64,000 nucleotides of DNA from an uncultured delta proteobacterium (lineage in GTDB: Bacteria > Myxococcota > Myxococcia > SLRQ01), in NCBI GenBank assembly GCA_963727485.1, contig CAVSGM010000001.1, forward strand, positions 416,001 through 480,000, written 5' to 3'. The notes beneath the pieces are model-generated. The model did no database searches, was not told the origin of the DNA, and saw only the letters and a program-made list of their open reading frames with translations. Below, one piece after another: positions 1-14,289 of this stretch (positions are counted from its first letter, which is position 1; every line of letters begins with the position of its first letter). Made by a program: the position numbers and the translations under genes.

Positions 1-1131
1 TGACGGTGATGCTCATGGTGTCCGAGCCGCCGTCGGGCAGCGACGCCACCGGGTTGAGGTTCTGGTCGAGGAGGGTGACCCCGATGGTGGCGCTGTCCCC
101 GGGCTTGATGTTGACCGACGTTGCTCCCGGCTGCTGCCCCCGGTCCCGGTGGTGGTGCCACAGGGCCAGGCCCGCCTTGGCCGGCGCCGCCCCGTCCACC
201 GGACCGGTCATCAGCACCTTGACCCAGCGCCAGATGGCGGTGGTGCCGGCGCCCGAGGGACCGGAGTAGGCGCCGTTGCCGTCGGCGTCGTAGTACTGCT
301 CGCCGGGGTCGAAGGTGCCGTTGTCATTGGCGTCGACGAAGGGCTCGCCATGGAGTGCGTCCTGGGAGGCGTCGGGCTTGCCCATGGTCCAGACCACCAG
401 GGTGGCAATGCCGTCCCGGGGGTTGTGGGTGATGGCGCCGGTGTTCTCGGTCCACCGGGGCTCGCCGGTGTCCGTGGGGCCCGCGGCTCGGCACGTCCTT
501 GGGGTGGTCGCCGGGGTTGACCTCCCACACCAGGGCCCCGGTGTCGGGTGTAGAGCTTGAGGTTGCCGGCCTCGGTGAGGAAGTGGAACCGGTTGGTGTA
601 ACGATACGTCGTTGCCGTTGACGTCCTTGGCCGAGAGCTGGCAGGGACATCCACCGGGCCGGCGCCGGGCGGGGGCACGCCCAGGTTCTCGATGGCGCAG
701 GAGAACTTGAAGCCACCCCGTGGAAAGGAGGCAGCGCGCCGCCCACCTGCACCGGGGCCTCGGCCTGGTGGGTCTCTCCGTAGTCGTCGGTGAACGAGCC
801 GCTGATCTTGTAGTCGCCCAGGGTCTGGGCGGGAACCGACTTGACCGTGGCCGCGCCGGCGGTGGTCGAGAGGGTGGTGGTGTTCAGGGTGTTGTCGGTG
901 GGGTCGAAGCTCCCGCCGCTCACCGTGAGGTTGATTGAGGTCCCGTCGCTGACCGCGGCCTTCTCGAACACCGCCCGGACCTCCACGGTGGCGGTGGACT
1001 TGCCGTCGGCGGGGACCTGGTCGGGGTTCGCGTTGATGGTGAGGAAGCTTCCTCCGCCTCCGCCGCAGCCGGAGGGACCGGTGATCAGGAGGCCGCCGGC
1101 GAAGAGGCCGGGAGGAGCGGAAGGAGAGCAT
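1..1131 (-). CDS. Surface lipoprotein-like protein with Ig-like (Big_1/invasin-type) domain and DxDxDG Ca-binding loops; frameshifted, runs off the window start
   Basis: Stitched frames give a Cys after a hydrophobic N-terminus (GLLITGPSGC), TINANPDQVPADGKSTATVEVRA (invasin-like), and GEPFVDANDNGTFDPGEQYYDADGNGAY; several indels. Confidence 0.6.
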
Positions 1132-1233
1132 GGAGTCGGATGGAACGGCGCATGGTCGGGGATTCTAGCCGAGTGGCAGCCCGCGAGCGAGCCCAGCGCT
1201 TGCCGGCCCCCGGGCCCGGGGTACAACCGGGGC

Positions 1234-2207
1234 ATGATGTAGCGGCCCCCCGGCTCGGCACGGCTCCCCGGGCCCCAGGACCTCCGGGGCCGGAAAATCC
1301 TCATGGTGGACGACGACGCCGCCAACCGGCGCTTCGTCCGCGCGGCCTCGGCGACCACTACGAGTTCCTCGAGGCCGGCGACGGCGAGGAGGCGCTGTCC
1401 CTGGTCCGCGACTACCTCCCCGACCTGGTGATCTCCGACGTGGAGATGCCCGGGATGACCGGCTTCGAGCTCTGTCGCATCCTCAAGAGCGGCGACCGGT
1501 TCTCCTTCATCCCGGTGATCCTGATGACCGCCGACCCGAGAGCCACTCCAAGGTGGAGGGCCTCGACCTCGGCGCCGACGACTACCTGATCAAGCCCCTC
1601 AACCTCCTGGAGCTCGGGGCCCGGGTGCGGTCGATGCTCCGCCTCAAGGCGCTCCGGGACGAGCTCTGGTCACCAACCAGCGCCTCCACGAGATCGAGCA
1701 GAAGCTCCACGAGCGGTCGATGTACGACACGCTCACCGGCATCTTCAACCGCCTCTACTTCACCAAGCGCTTCGACTACGAGTACCAGCGCGCCGCCCGG
1801 TACGCCATCCCCCTGACCTGCGTGATGATCGACATCAATCACTTCAAGCGGGTCAACGACACCCACGGCCACCAGGCCGGCGACCAGGTGCTCCGGGGGG
1901 TGGCGGGGATCCTCGAGGGGGCCCTGCGCAAGGTCGACCTCATCGCCCGTTACGGCGGCGAGGAGATGGTCGTCATCCTCCCCCAGACGCCGCTGGAGCG
2001 GGGCCACGAGGTCGCCGAGCGCCTCCGGGCGGCGGTGGCTGCCGCCGAGTTCTCCGACGGGCGCACGTCCCTCCGGTGCACCATCAGCCTCGGCGTCGCC
2101 GCCTACCCCCACGAAGGGGTGGAGAGCGAGGACGATCTCCTCCGCCTCGCCGACGAGGCCCTGTACCGGGCCAAGGCCGCCGGTCGCAACCGGGTCGAGG
2201 TCCAGAC

Positions 2208-2211
<4 letters not shown>
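1234..2211 (+). CDS. Response regulator-diguanylate cyclase (REC-GGDEF); frameshifted, start approximate
   Basis: ILMVDDD...PDLVISDVEMPGMTGFELCR...GADDYLIKP receiver, then YDTLTGIFNR...DINHFKRVNDTHGHQAGD...RKVD (RxxD I-site)...RYGGEEM. Confidence 0.88.
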
Positions 2212-5366
<3,155 letters not shown>

Positions 5367-5373
5367 GGAGCCG

Positions 5374-7612
5374 GTGACGCGCGGCGACACCCCGGTCACG
5401 GTCCGGCTCCGGCTCCCGTACCCGGACGCGCCCGCGTTCGTGGCGGCGTTCGCCCGCCACGTCACCGGGGGCCGCCTCTACCTGCCGACCCGCCAGGACC
5501 TCCCGAAGGGGACGGTGATCCGCTTCGAGCTCCTCGACCAGGGGGGGCGGCGGCTCCTCCTCGGCGAGGGCCCGGTGGTCGCCGACTCGGGGCCCGGGGG
5601 GCGGGTGGGGGTGAGGGTGCGGGTCCAGCGCCTCGCCGGCCCCAGCAAGCCCTTGTGGGCCGAGCTCACCCAGGACGCCGAGGCGACCGACACCGCCGCC
5701 GACGAGGACGCCGAGGCCCCGACCCAGACCTCCACGGTGTCCCTCCCGGAGGCCGGGGCCGACGCCCCCGCGGACCTCCGGTCGGTCCTCGCCGACGCGC
5801 GGATCCCCGAGCCCGCCGACGCCGCCGACGCCCACACCCCCGAGCCCGTCCGCGAGTTCCCCTGGGAGGAGCCCGGGGGCGAGGACGCGGACGCCGGGAC
5901 CGAGGGCCCGGAGGAGACCCTGGTCGGCGTCTTCGCCCAGCCCACCTCCCTGCCGGTGGCGGCGCCCTCCCTGGGCATCGATCTGGGCACCAGCCGCACC
6001 CTGGCCGCGGTCGCCGACCAGGGCCGGGCGCGGATGGTGCGCCTCGGGGACCCCGGTGGGGGCCTGGCCTCGGTGGTGGCCCCGGGGGAGTGGGGCGGCC
6101 TCGAGGTCGGGGTGGCCGCCCTCCGCCGGCGCCTGGAGCAGCCCGAGAAGACCATCTTCGGGGCCAAGCGCCTCCTGGGCCGGAAGTTCCACGCCGCCAC
6201 CACCCAGGCCCTGCGCCGCACGCTCCCCTATCCCCTGGTCGCCGACGACGCCGGGGGCGTGGCGGTCCCCCTCGACGACGGCGCCCTGACCATCACCGAG
6301 GTCCACGCCCGGATCCTCGACGTGGTGCGCACGGTGGTCACCGAGGAGGCCGGCGCCGCGCCAAAGCGGGTGGTGATCTCGGTCCCCGCGCACTTTGGCG
6401 ACGCCCAGCGCGCGGCGGTGCGCGAGGCGGGGCTCCTCGCGGGGCTGGAGGTCACCCGCATCGTCAGCGAGCCCACCGCGGCGGCCCTGGCCTACGGCTA
6501 CGGCCGGGGCCTCGCCGCCAAGCGCCTGGTGGTCTACGACCTCGGCGGGGGCACCTTCGACGTCTCGGTCCTCACCGTCTCCGGCGACCGCTTCGAGGTG
6601 GTGGCCACCGGCGGCGATGCCTTCCTCGGTGGGGTCGACTTCGACCTGCGGGTGGTGCGCCGGCTCCTCGAGGCCATGGCGGCCCAGGGCGGCCCCGCCG
6701 AGCCGGGACCCAGGCTCCTGGAGCGCCTGCTGATGGCCGCCGAGGAGGCCAAGGTCGCCCTCTCCGAGAAGGACAGCCACCAGAATCCGCCTCCAGGCCC
6801 TCTGGGAGGACGACGCCGGCGACGAGCACGACCTGGCCCTGGCGCTCACCCGCGGGGAGCTGGAGCAGCTCACGGCCGATCTGGTGGAGCGGACCGTGGC
6901 CATGACCCTCGAGGTCCTGGCCCAGCGCGAGCTCACCCCGGACCTCGTCGACGCGGTGCTCCTGGTCGGCGGCCAGTCGCGGATGCCGCGGGTAAGGGCG
7001 CGGGTGACCGAGCTCTTCGGCGCGCCGCCCCGGGACGACGTGGACCCGGTGGAAGCGGTGGCCCTCGGCTGCGCGCTCCTCGCCGGGAGCCTGGGCACCG
7101 GCGACGACCCCGAGGCCCCGGCGGTGCAGCTCCGGGACGTCCTCTCCATCGGCATCGGGGTGGGGCTGCCCGACGGGCGCCTGCTCCCGATCATCGAGGC
7201 GGCGACCCCCATCCCCTGCGAGCGCACCCTCCGCGTCGCCACCTCCGCCGACGACCAGCCGTCCCTGGAGGTCGTGGTGTTCCAGGGGCCCGGCCCCACC
7301 CTCGACGACGCCGAGTTCCTCGGGAGCCTCGCCTTCGTGGGGCTGCCCCCGGGGAAGGCCGGCGAGGTGAGCCTCCAGGTGCGCTTCACCCTCGACCCCG
7401 AGGGCCTCCTCGAGGTGCAGGCGGTCAGCGAGGCCACCGGCGAGGCGGTGGCCCGGGTCCTCTCCACCGCGGACACCCCCGAGGCCCTCCGGGCCCGCCT
7501 CGCCGAGGGCCGGGCGGTGATCCACGACCTCACCCTGCCCGGGGCCCTCGCCGCCGGCGACCGGGGCTTCCTCTCGGGGCTCCGGCGCCGCCTCTTCAAG
7601 GGCGAGCGATGA
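5374..7612 (+). CDS. Hsp70/DnaK-family protein with N-terminal myxobacterial TIGR02266/PilZ-like domain; frameshift near 6785
   Basis: GIDLGTS, VISVPAHFGDAQR, SEPTAAALAYG, VYDLGGGTFDVS, LLVGGQSRMP, DPVEAVALG; N-terminal RLRLPYPD...GGRLYLPT...PKGTVIRFEL. Confidence 0.88.
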
Positions 7613-7643
7613 CCCCGGCGCGCCCGTCTCCGGGGCCGCGGCC

Positions 7644-8442
7644 GTGAAGCGCACCCTCCTGGTCGCTGCCGCCGCCGCCCTGGTCTCCGCCGGCATCACC
7701 ATCTGGGTGAACCGGCCGCCGCGGGTCGACGACACCTGGCGCCAGGTGGCGCCGGGGGTGGCCCACCGGGCGGTGATGCTCCCGGGCGGGGTGGGGGCCG
7801 AGGCCTTCCGGATCGAATCTCTCCCGGGCGCGGATCGAGGTGGTCGACGCGCGCCCGGGCGGCGGCCGCGCCACCGCCCGGGAGCTGCGCCAGCGGGTCC
7901 CCGGGGCGGTGCTCGCGGTCAACGGCGGGTTCTTCGACGAGAGCGGTGCCCCCATGGGCCTGGTGCGCACCGGTGGCCAGGAGACCAACCCCCTGCGCCA
8001 CGCCGACTGGGGGGTGTTCTGGGTCGCCGGAGAGACGGCGGGCATCGTCCACGCCCGGGCCTGGCGCGCCCACCCGGAGGCCGGCGCCACCGAGGCGATC
8101 CAGGCGGGCCCCCGGCTGGTGGTCGACGGCCAGCCCATGAAGCTCAAGCCCCAGGTGGCCCGGCGCACGGTGATCTGCGTCCGCCGCCCGGGGCAGGTGG
8201 TGCTGCTGGTCACCGAGCCGGTGGGAGCGCCGAGCCTCGCCGGGTGGCTCTCGCGCCCCGCCCGCCGCGGGGGCCTCGGGTGCCACGACGCCCTGAACCT
8301 CGACGGCGGGCCGTCGACCCAGGCGTCCCTGCGCGCCGGCGACACCCGCCTGGAGGTCCTCGGCGGGTGGCCGGTGCCCACCGGGCTGGTGGTGGTGCCC
8401 CGGGCCGAGGTCGCCGACGGGGGCGCGCGCGGGGATCGCTGA
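7644..8442 (+). CDS. Secreted phosphodiester glycosidase (NAGPA-like) family protein; one frameshift
   Basis: Signal peptide; AVNGGFFD, IQAGPRLVVDG, ALNLDGGPSTQ motifs. Confidence 0.8.
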
Positions 8443-8544
8443 GCGGGTCCGGGGGGGCCGCCGCCGCGTGGCGGCGCGCCGGGGCCCTGTCCTGGATCAG
8501 CGTTCTCGGGGACGGGGGTTCCGCGCCCTGGGCGCACCGGCCTC

Positions 8545-8619
8545 GTCCCGGTGAGGCAAACCCTGCGTCCGCGCGCGCACGCAACCCGGCCCGGGGGTGT
8601 TGGAGTTGCCGACCCGGAC
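8545..8619 (+). promoter_or_regulatory. Candidate degenerate c-di-GMP-I (GEMM)-like riboswitch upstream of the S53 protease
   Basis: Ordered GGCAAAC...ACGCAA...GTTGCCGA elements and closing GTCCCGGT/ACCCGGAC pairing; GNRA loop and receptor not visible. Confidence 0.25.
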
Positions 8620-8842
8620 CTCCATATTTCACTTTCACGCGCGATAATCGCGGCTCCCGTGGACGCGCATTTCGTGCTGTCCCGTCTGCCCCATATCGTC
8701 CTCGTCGACGACAGCCTGTCAGGATATCGGCCACGCGAGACATGCCCCTGACATGAACCGTCGGAGAGCTGACACCGGGCCCGAAAGGTATAGAAAGGCC
8801 CCAGTCATTTACGCCTCGCCCTTCGAAGAAAGCGGTGCAGCC

Positions 8843-11837
8843 ATGTCCGACCTTCGCTTCTCCCCTCGCTCCCTGCTGCCGGCCCTCGCCGGGATGCTCC
8901 TCGTCGCCGGGTGCGGGACCGGCAGCCTGACGATGCCCGGCTCGACCACCACCGTGGCCGGCGCCACCCACATCCCCGAGGCCCTCCAGCGTGTGGTCAA
9001 GCACCCCACCCAGGCGCTCTGCCCCGACACCCACGAGCCCGGGGTGATGCACTGCATGGCCCAGGTCCGCGCCAAGCCCACCGGGGGCATCCAGTTCTTC
9101 GCCACCTCCTACGGCTTCGGCCCCTCGGACATCCAGAGTGCCTACAACCTGCCCACCTCCGGCGGGTCCGGGATGACGGTGGCCATCGTCGACGCCAACG
9201 ACGACCCCAGCGCCGAGAGCGACCTGGCGACCTACCGCTCCCACTACGGCCTGCCGCCGTGCACCACGGCCAACGGCTGCTTCAAGAAGGTCAACCAGAA
9301 CGGACAGCAGGGCAGCTACCCCGCGGCCGACAGCGGCTGGGCCGGCGAGATCGCCCTCGACCTCGACATGGTCAGCGCCGCCTGCCCCAGCTGCAAGATC
9401 CTCCTGGTCGAGGCGGACAGCGCCACCATGGCCAACCTCGGCGCGGCGGTGAACACCGCGGTGAGCCTCGGGGCCAACGCCGTGAGCAACAGCTACGGTG
9501 GCTCGGAGAGCTCGAGCGACAACGGCTACGACTCCAGCTACTTCAACCACCCGGGCGTGGCCATCTTCGCCAGCGCCGGTGACAGCGGCTACGGGGTCGA
9601 GTACCCGGCGGCCTCGGCCTACGTCACCTCCGTGGGCGGCACCAGCCTCGCCCAGTCGAGCGCCAGCTCGCGCGGGTGGGTGGAGAGCGTCTGGGGTTCC
9701 ACCAGCAACGCCAACGGCGGCACCGGCTCCGGCTGCTCCAGCTACACCAGCAAGCCCAGCTGGCAGACCGACAGCGGCTGCAGCGGCCGGATGGTCGCCG
9801 ACGTCTCCGCCGTCGCCGACCCCAACACCGGCGTCGCGGTCTACGACTCCTACGGCTCCGGCGGGTGGATCCAGGTCGGCGGCACCAGCGCCGCCAGCCC
9901 CCTGGTCGCCGCCATCTACGCCCTCACCGGCCACATCAACGACGCGCTGGGCTACGGCTACGGCCACACCGGTGACTTCTACGACGTGACCAGCGGCTCC
10001 AACGGCAGCTGCTCCTCCGGCCCCTCCTACTACTGCAACGGCGTCGCCGGCTACGACGGCCCCACCGGCATCGGCACCCCCGACGGCCAGGCCCTCCTCG
10101 CGGGCGGCGGCGGCACCAGCAGCACCTTCAGCGTGGCCCTGAACCCGGCCACCGGCAGCGGCGCCCCCGGCGACACCGTGACCTACACCGTCGAGACCAC
10201 CTCGCTCGCCTCCCCGGCCGGCTCGGTGGGCCTCTCGGTCACCGGGCTGCCCTCGGGCGTCACCTCTGCCTTCAACCCCAGCTCGGTGACCGCCGGCAGC
10301 ACCTCGACCCTCACCCTCACCCTCGGGACCGGTGCCTCGGCGGCGACCACCTCCTTCACCGTGACCGGCACCGCCGGCTCCGAGTCCCACACCGCCACCG
10401 GCTCCATCACCGTCACCAGCACCAGCGGCGGCGGCGGCGGGACCGGCGGGGGCACCGGCGGCGCCACCGCCCTGACCAACGGCGTCCCGGTGACCGGCCT
10501 CTCCGGCGCCAAGGGCGCCCAGACGGGCTTCACCCTCGACGTGCCCGCGGGCGCCACGGGCCTCAAGTTCACCCTCTCCGGGGGCACCGGTGACGCCGAC
10601 CTGTACGTGAAGTTCGGCTCGGCGCCGACCCTCTCCAGCTACGACTGCCGGCCGTATGTCACCGGCAACAGCGAGACCTGCACCATCTCCAACATCCAGA
10701 CCGGCACCTACTACGTGATGCTCAACGCCTACGCCGCCTACTCCGGCGTGACCCTCACCGGCAGCTACACCGCGGCGAGCGGCGGCGGCGGCGGCGGGAC
10801 CGGTGGCGGCACCGGCGGCGCCACGGCGCTCACCAACGGGGTCCCGGTGACCGGGCTCTCCGGCGCCAAGGGCACCCAGGCGAGCTTCACCCTCGACGTC
10901 CCCGCGGGCGCCACGAACCTCACCTTCGCCATCTCCGGCGGCACCGGCGACGCCGACATGTACGTGAAGTTCGGCTCGGCCCCCACCACCTCGAGCTACG
11001 ACTGCCGGCCGTATGTCACCGGCAACAGCGAGACCTGCACCATCTCCAACATCCAGACCGGCACCTACTACGTGATGCTCAACGCCTACGCCGCCTACTC
11101 CGGCGTGACCCTCACCGGCAGCTACACCGCGGCGAGCGGCGGCGGGGGTGGGGGCACCGGCGGTGGCACCGGCGGCGGCACCGGCAACGCCCTGACCAAC
11201 GGCGTCCCGGTCTCCAGCCTCTCCGGCGCCACCGGCTCCGACACCTACTACACCCTCGACGTCCCCGCCGGCGCCACCAACCTGGTCTTCAAGACCTCGG
11301 GGGGCAGCGGCGACGTGGACCTCTACGTGAAGTTCGGCAGCGACCCGACCCTCTCGAGCTACGACTGCCGGCCCTACGTCGGCGGCAACAACGAGACCTG
11401 CACCATCACCGCGGTGCAGGCCGGCACCTACCACGTGATGCTCCACGGCTATCAGGCCTACGCCGGCGTCACCCTCACCGGCAGCTACGCCGCCGGGAGC
11501 GGCGGCGACCGGCGGCGGCACCGGTGGCGGCAACGTGCTCACCAGCGGCGTGGCGGTGAGCGTCTCCGGCGCCACCGGGAGCAAGACCTACTACACCCTG
11601 GACGTTCCCGCCGGGGCGAGCAGCCTCACCTTCAGCATCTCCGGCGGCACCGGGGACGCGGATCTCTACGTGAAGTTCGGCAGCGACCCCACGACCACCA
11701 GCTACGACTGCCGGCCGTACCTCTACGGCAACAACGAGACCTGCACCATCTCCAACGTCCAGACCGGCACCTACCACGTGATGATCAACGGGTACCAGAC
11801 GTACTCGGGGGTCGCCCTGGTGGGCCAGTACCAGTAA
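8843..11837 (+). CDS. Lipid-anchored S53 (sedolisin-like) serine protease with four C-terminal PPC domains; frameshift near 11510
   Basis: Lipobox LLVAGC; GEIALDLD, FASAGDSG, GGTSAASP catalytic motifs; four LTNGVPV..SGGTGDADLYVKFGS.PT..SYDCRPY..GN.ETC repeats. Confidence 0.9.
10637..11145 (+). repeat. 152-bp identical direct repeat (10637-10788 and 10994-11145) within PPC domains 1 and 2
   Basis: Base-by-base identical by eye, offset 357 bp. Confidence 0.9.
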
Positions 11838-11859
11838 CGCCCCGAACGGCGGCGTGAAC

Positions 11860-11896
11860 CGTGGGGCGGTGGGACCGGGGGTCCTGCCGCCCCACG
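11860..11896. terminator. GC-rich hairpin between convergent protease and gshA genes
   Basis: CGTGGGGCGG...CCGCCCCACG perfect arms plus GGACC/GGTCC inner stem; no strong U-tract. Confidence 0.55.
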
Positions 11897-11941
11897 TCCG
11901 TTTGGGGGCCGGCCCCGCGGGTCATCGGGCGGGCGGACGCC

Positions 11942-13306
11942 CTAGAACCGGCAGCGCTCGACCAGGCGCCTCGGGTCGTGGGCGAGCTCGCCCTCCCAGG
12001 CCTCGGCCAGGACCCGGCCCGGGGAGCGGCCCCGCTCCAGGACCGCCTCCACCGGCTCCAGGAACCGCCGCTCGTCGCGCCCCTTGCTGTCGAGGCGTCC
12101 CTGGCGGGTGAGCCCCGCTGCGGAGATCGCCACCAGCTCCCGGGTCAGCTCCAGCACCGACCTGCCGTGGACCCGGGCCTCGAGGCCGTGGCGGGCGACG
12201 TGGATCAGCGCCTCTTCCCGCTCCGCCAGGCTCCACCCGGCGGTGAGCTCCCCGGCGGCGTCGAGGGCGTCGTCGTCGTAGAGCAGGCCCTTCCACAGGG
12301 CGGGGAAGGCGCAGTTGAGGTCCCGGTCGCAGCAGTCGGCGCCCCGCACCTCGAGGTAGCCCTTGATCCGCACCTCGGGGAAGAGGGTGGTGAGGTGGTC
12401 CTCCCAGTCCGAGAGCCGGGCCCGGTAGCCCTGGAAGCCCTCGCGCAGGAAGGTGCGGAACGGGGTCCCGGCGATCTCCCCCACGTACCGGCCCCGGCGG
12501 CGGATGAAGAACATGGGCACGTCGAGGGCCCACTCCACGTAGGCGCGGTAGCCGAAGCCCTCGTCGAAGACGAAGGGGAGGATGCCGGTGCGGTCGGGGT
12601 CGACGTCGCGCCAGATGCGCTGGCGCTCGCTCACCCACCCGGTGACCTCGCCCTCGACGATGGGGCTGTTGGCGTAGATGGCGCTGATGAGCGGGCTCAC
12701 CGACATGGCCAGGCGCAGCTTCCGGGCCATGTCGGCCTCGCTGGACCAGTCGAAGTTCGCCTGCACCGTGCCGGTCCGGAGCATCATGTCCAGGGCCCGG
12801 TGCCCCCGCTCGGGGAGGTAGCGGCGCATGATGGCGTAGCGCTGCTTGGGCACCCACTCGATGTCCTCGCGCCGGGCGAAGGGGTGGTGGCCGATGCCCA
12901 GCCACACGATGTCGAGCTCCTCGCCGAGGCAGCGGGTGAGCTCCCGGTGGTCGGAGAGCTCGTGGCAGATCTCGTGGACGTCGTGGAGGACGGCCCCGGA
13001 GAGCTCGAGCTGGCCGCCGGGCTCCAGGGAGACGTTGGTGCCGTCCTTGATGAGGGCGATGGTGTCGTGGCCCTCGCGGTACGGGGCGAAGCCCCGTCTC
13101 TCCACCAGGATCTGGAAGATGCGCTCGATGCCCTTCTCGCCGTAGTAGCGCACCGGCTCGAGGCGGTCGGCGGTGAGCCCGATCTTCTCGTGCTCCATGC
13201 CCACCCGGAACGCGTCGGGCGCCTTCTCACCGGCGGCGAAGACGGCGACCAGGTCTTCGATGCGCTCGATCTCCGGCGCGTCTTCGGGGCGGTTGTCGAG
13301 GGACAT
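11942..13306 (-). CDS. gshA: Glutamate--cysteine ligase (GCS2/plant-type)
   Basis: VGMEHEK, SLEPGGQLELSG, PKQRYAIM, MMLRTGTVQANFD, HLTTLFPEVRIKGYLEVRGAD. Confidence 0.93.
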   Translation of the reverse strand: MSLDNRPEDAPEIERIEDLVAVFAAGEKAPDAFRVGMEHEKIGLTADRLEPVRYYGEKGIERIFQILVERRGFAPYREGHDTIALIKDGTNVSLEPGGQLELSGAVLHDVHEICHELSDHRELTRCLGEELDIVWLGIGHHPFARREDIEWVPKQRYAIMRRYLPERGHRALDMMLRTGTVQANFDWSSEADMARKLRLAMSVSPLISAIYANSPIVEGEVTGWVSERQRIWRDVDPDRTGILPFVFDEGFGYRAYVEWALDVPMFFIRRRGRYVGEIAGTPFRTFLREGFQGYRARLSDWEDHLTTLFPEVRIKGYLEVRGADCCDRDLNCAFPALWKGLLYDDDALDAAGELTAGWSLAEREEALIHVARHGLEARVHGRSVLELTRELVAISAAGLTRQGRLDSKGRDERRFLEPVEAVLERGRSPGRVLAEAWEGELAHDPRRLVERCRF

Positions 13307-13479
13307 GGCGTGGGCTCACGGGTGGAGGGGCCAGGAGAGCACATCGCCCGCCGCCGCGGAAGTCGCCTCGAGCGCGGGGCGGCACCGGCCGTCGAGGGCT
13401 ACGCATAGGCCCGGGGGCCCCCGTCCGCCAGCCCCGCAGCTGGCTTTTCCCCGCGCCGGGCCGATGCTATCGGTTCGCC

Positions 13480-14283
13480 ATGGCTGCGCCGGCACAATCC
13501 GCTCCCGACCCCCGGGCCCGCACCGCCACCGGGCGCCTGTTCCAGGGCTTCGCCTATCCCTTCCGGGCGGTGGGCTTCATGTTCCGCCACCCACGCCTGT
13601 GGACCTACGCCCTGGTGCCCATCGCCATCAGCCTGGTGATGCTCTCGGTGCTCTTCGTGGTGCTGGTCTACCAGGCCGGCCACCTCACCGGCCTCATCTG
13701 GGCCCGGCCGGCGTCGTGGTACGGCGAGCTGGCCTGGTACGGCCTCTACTTCCTGGTCTTCGCCGGCACCTTCGTCATCGGGGCCCTGGCCCTGCCCGCG
13801 CTCATCGCCTCGCCGTTCAACGACACCCTCTCCGAGCGCGCCGAGGGCCTGGCCCTCGACACCGACGCCACCCAGAAGCTCACCGTGGGCAAGCTGGTGC
13901 GCGACGTGGGGCGGGTGCTGGCCGACCAGTCGGTGCGCATCCTCCTCCTGCTCCTCGGCCACGCGCTGATCCTCGGGGTGCTCCTCATCCCCGCGGTGGG
14001 CAGCGCCGTGTACCCGGTGCTGGCGACGGCCTGGAGCATCCTCTGGTGCGCCGCCGACTACCTCGACTACCCGATGGGCCGCCACGCCTACCGGTTTCGC
14101 GCCGAGCGCCAGGTCCTCCGCGAGAACTTCGCCCTGACCTGCGGCTTCGGCGCCGGCGTCTACCTCATCCTCCTCATCCCCGTGGTCAACGCCCTCTTCA
14201 TCCCGGTGGCGGTGGTCGGGGGGACGCTCCTCTACGCCGACCTCCAGCGGGCCGGGGCCCTCCCGGCCCCGCCGCGAGGCTGA
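13480..14283 (+). CDS. EI24/CysZ-like membrane protein
   Basis: IASPFNDTLSERAE, ADYLDYPMGRH, LIPVVNALFIPVAVVGGT; located in the gsh cluster. Confidence 0.8.
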   Translation: MAAPAQSAPDPRARTATGRLFQGFAYPFRAVGFMFRHPRLWTYALVPIAISLVMLSVLFVVLVYQAGHLTGLIWARPASWYGELAWYGLYFLVFAGTFVIGALALPALIASPFNDTLSERAEGLALDTDATQKLTVGKLVRDVGRVLADQSVRILLLLLGHALILGVLLIPAVGSAVYPVLATAWSILWCAADYLDYPMGRHAYRFRAERQVLRENFALTCGFGAGVYLILLIPVVNALFIPVAVVGGTLLYADLQRAGALPAPPRG

Positions 14284-14289
14284 CTCGCC

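Noticed and set aside
8210..11584. Very long antisense ORFs (this 1124-aa one, also 18096-21386, 25358-28318 and others)
   Set aside because: Shadow ORFs of GC3-rich genes on the opposite strand, with no recognisable motifs.
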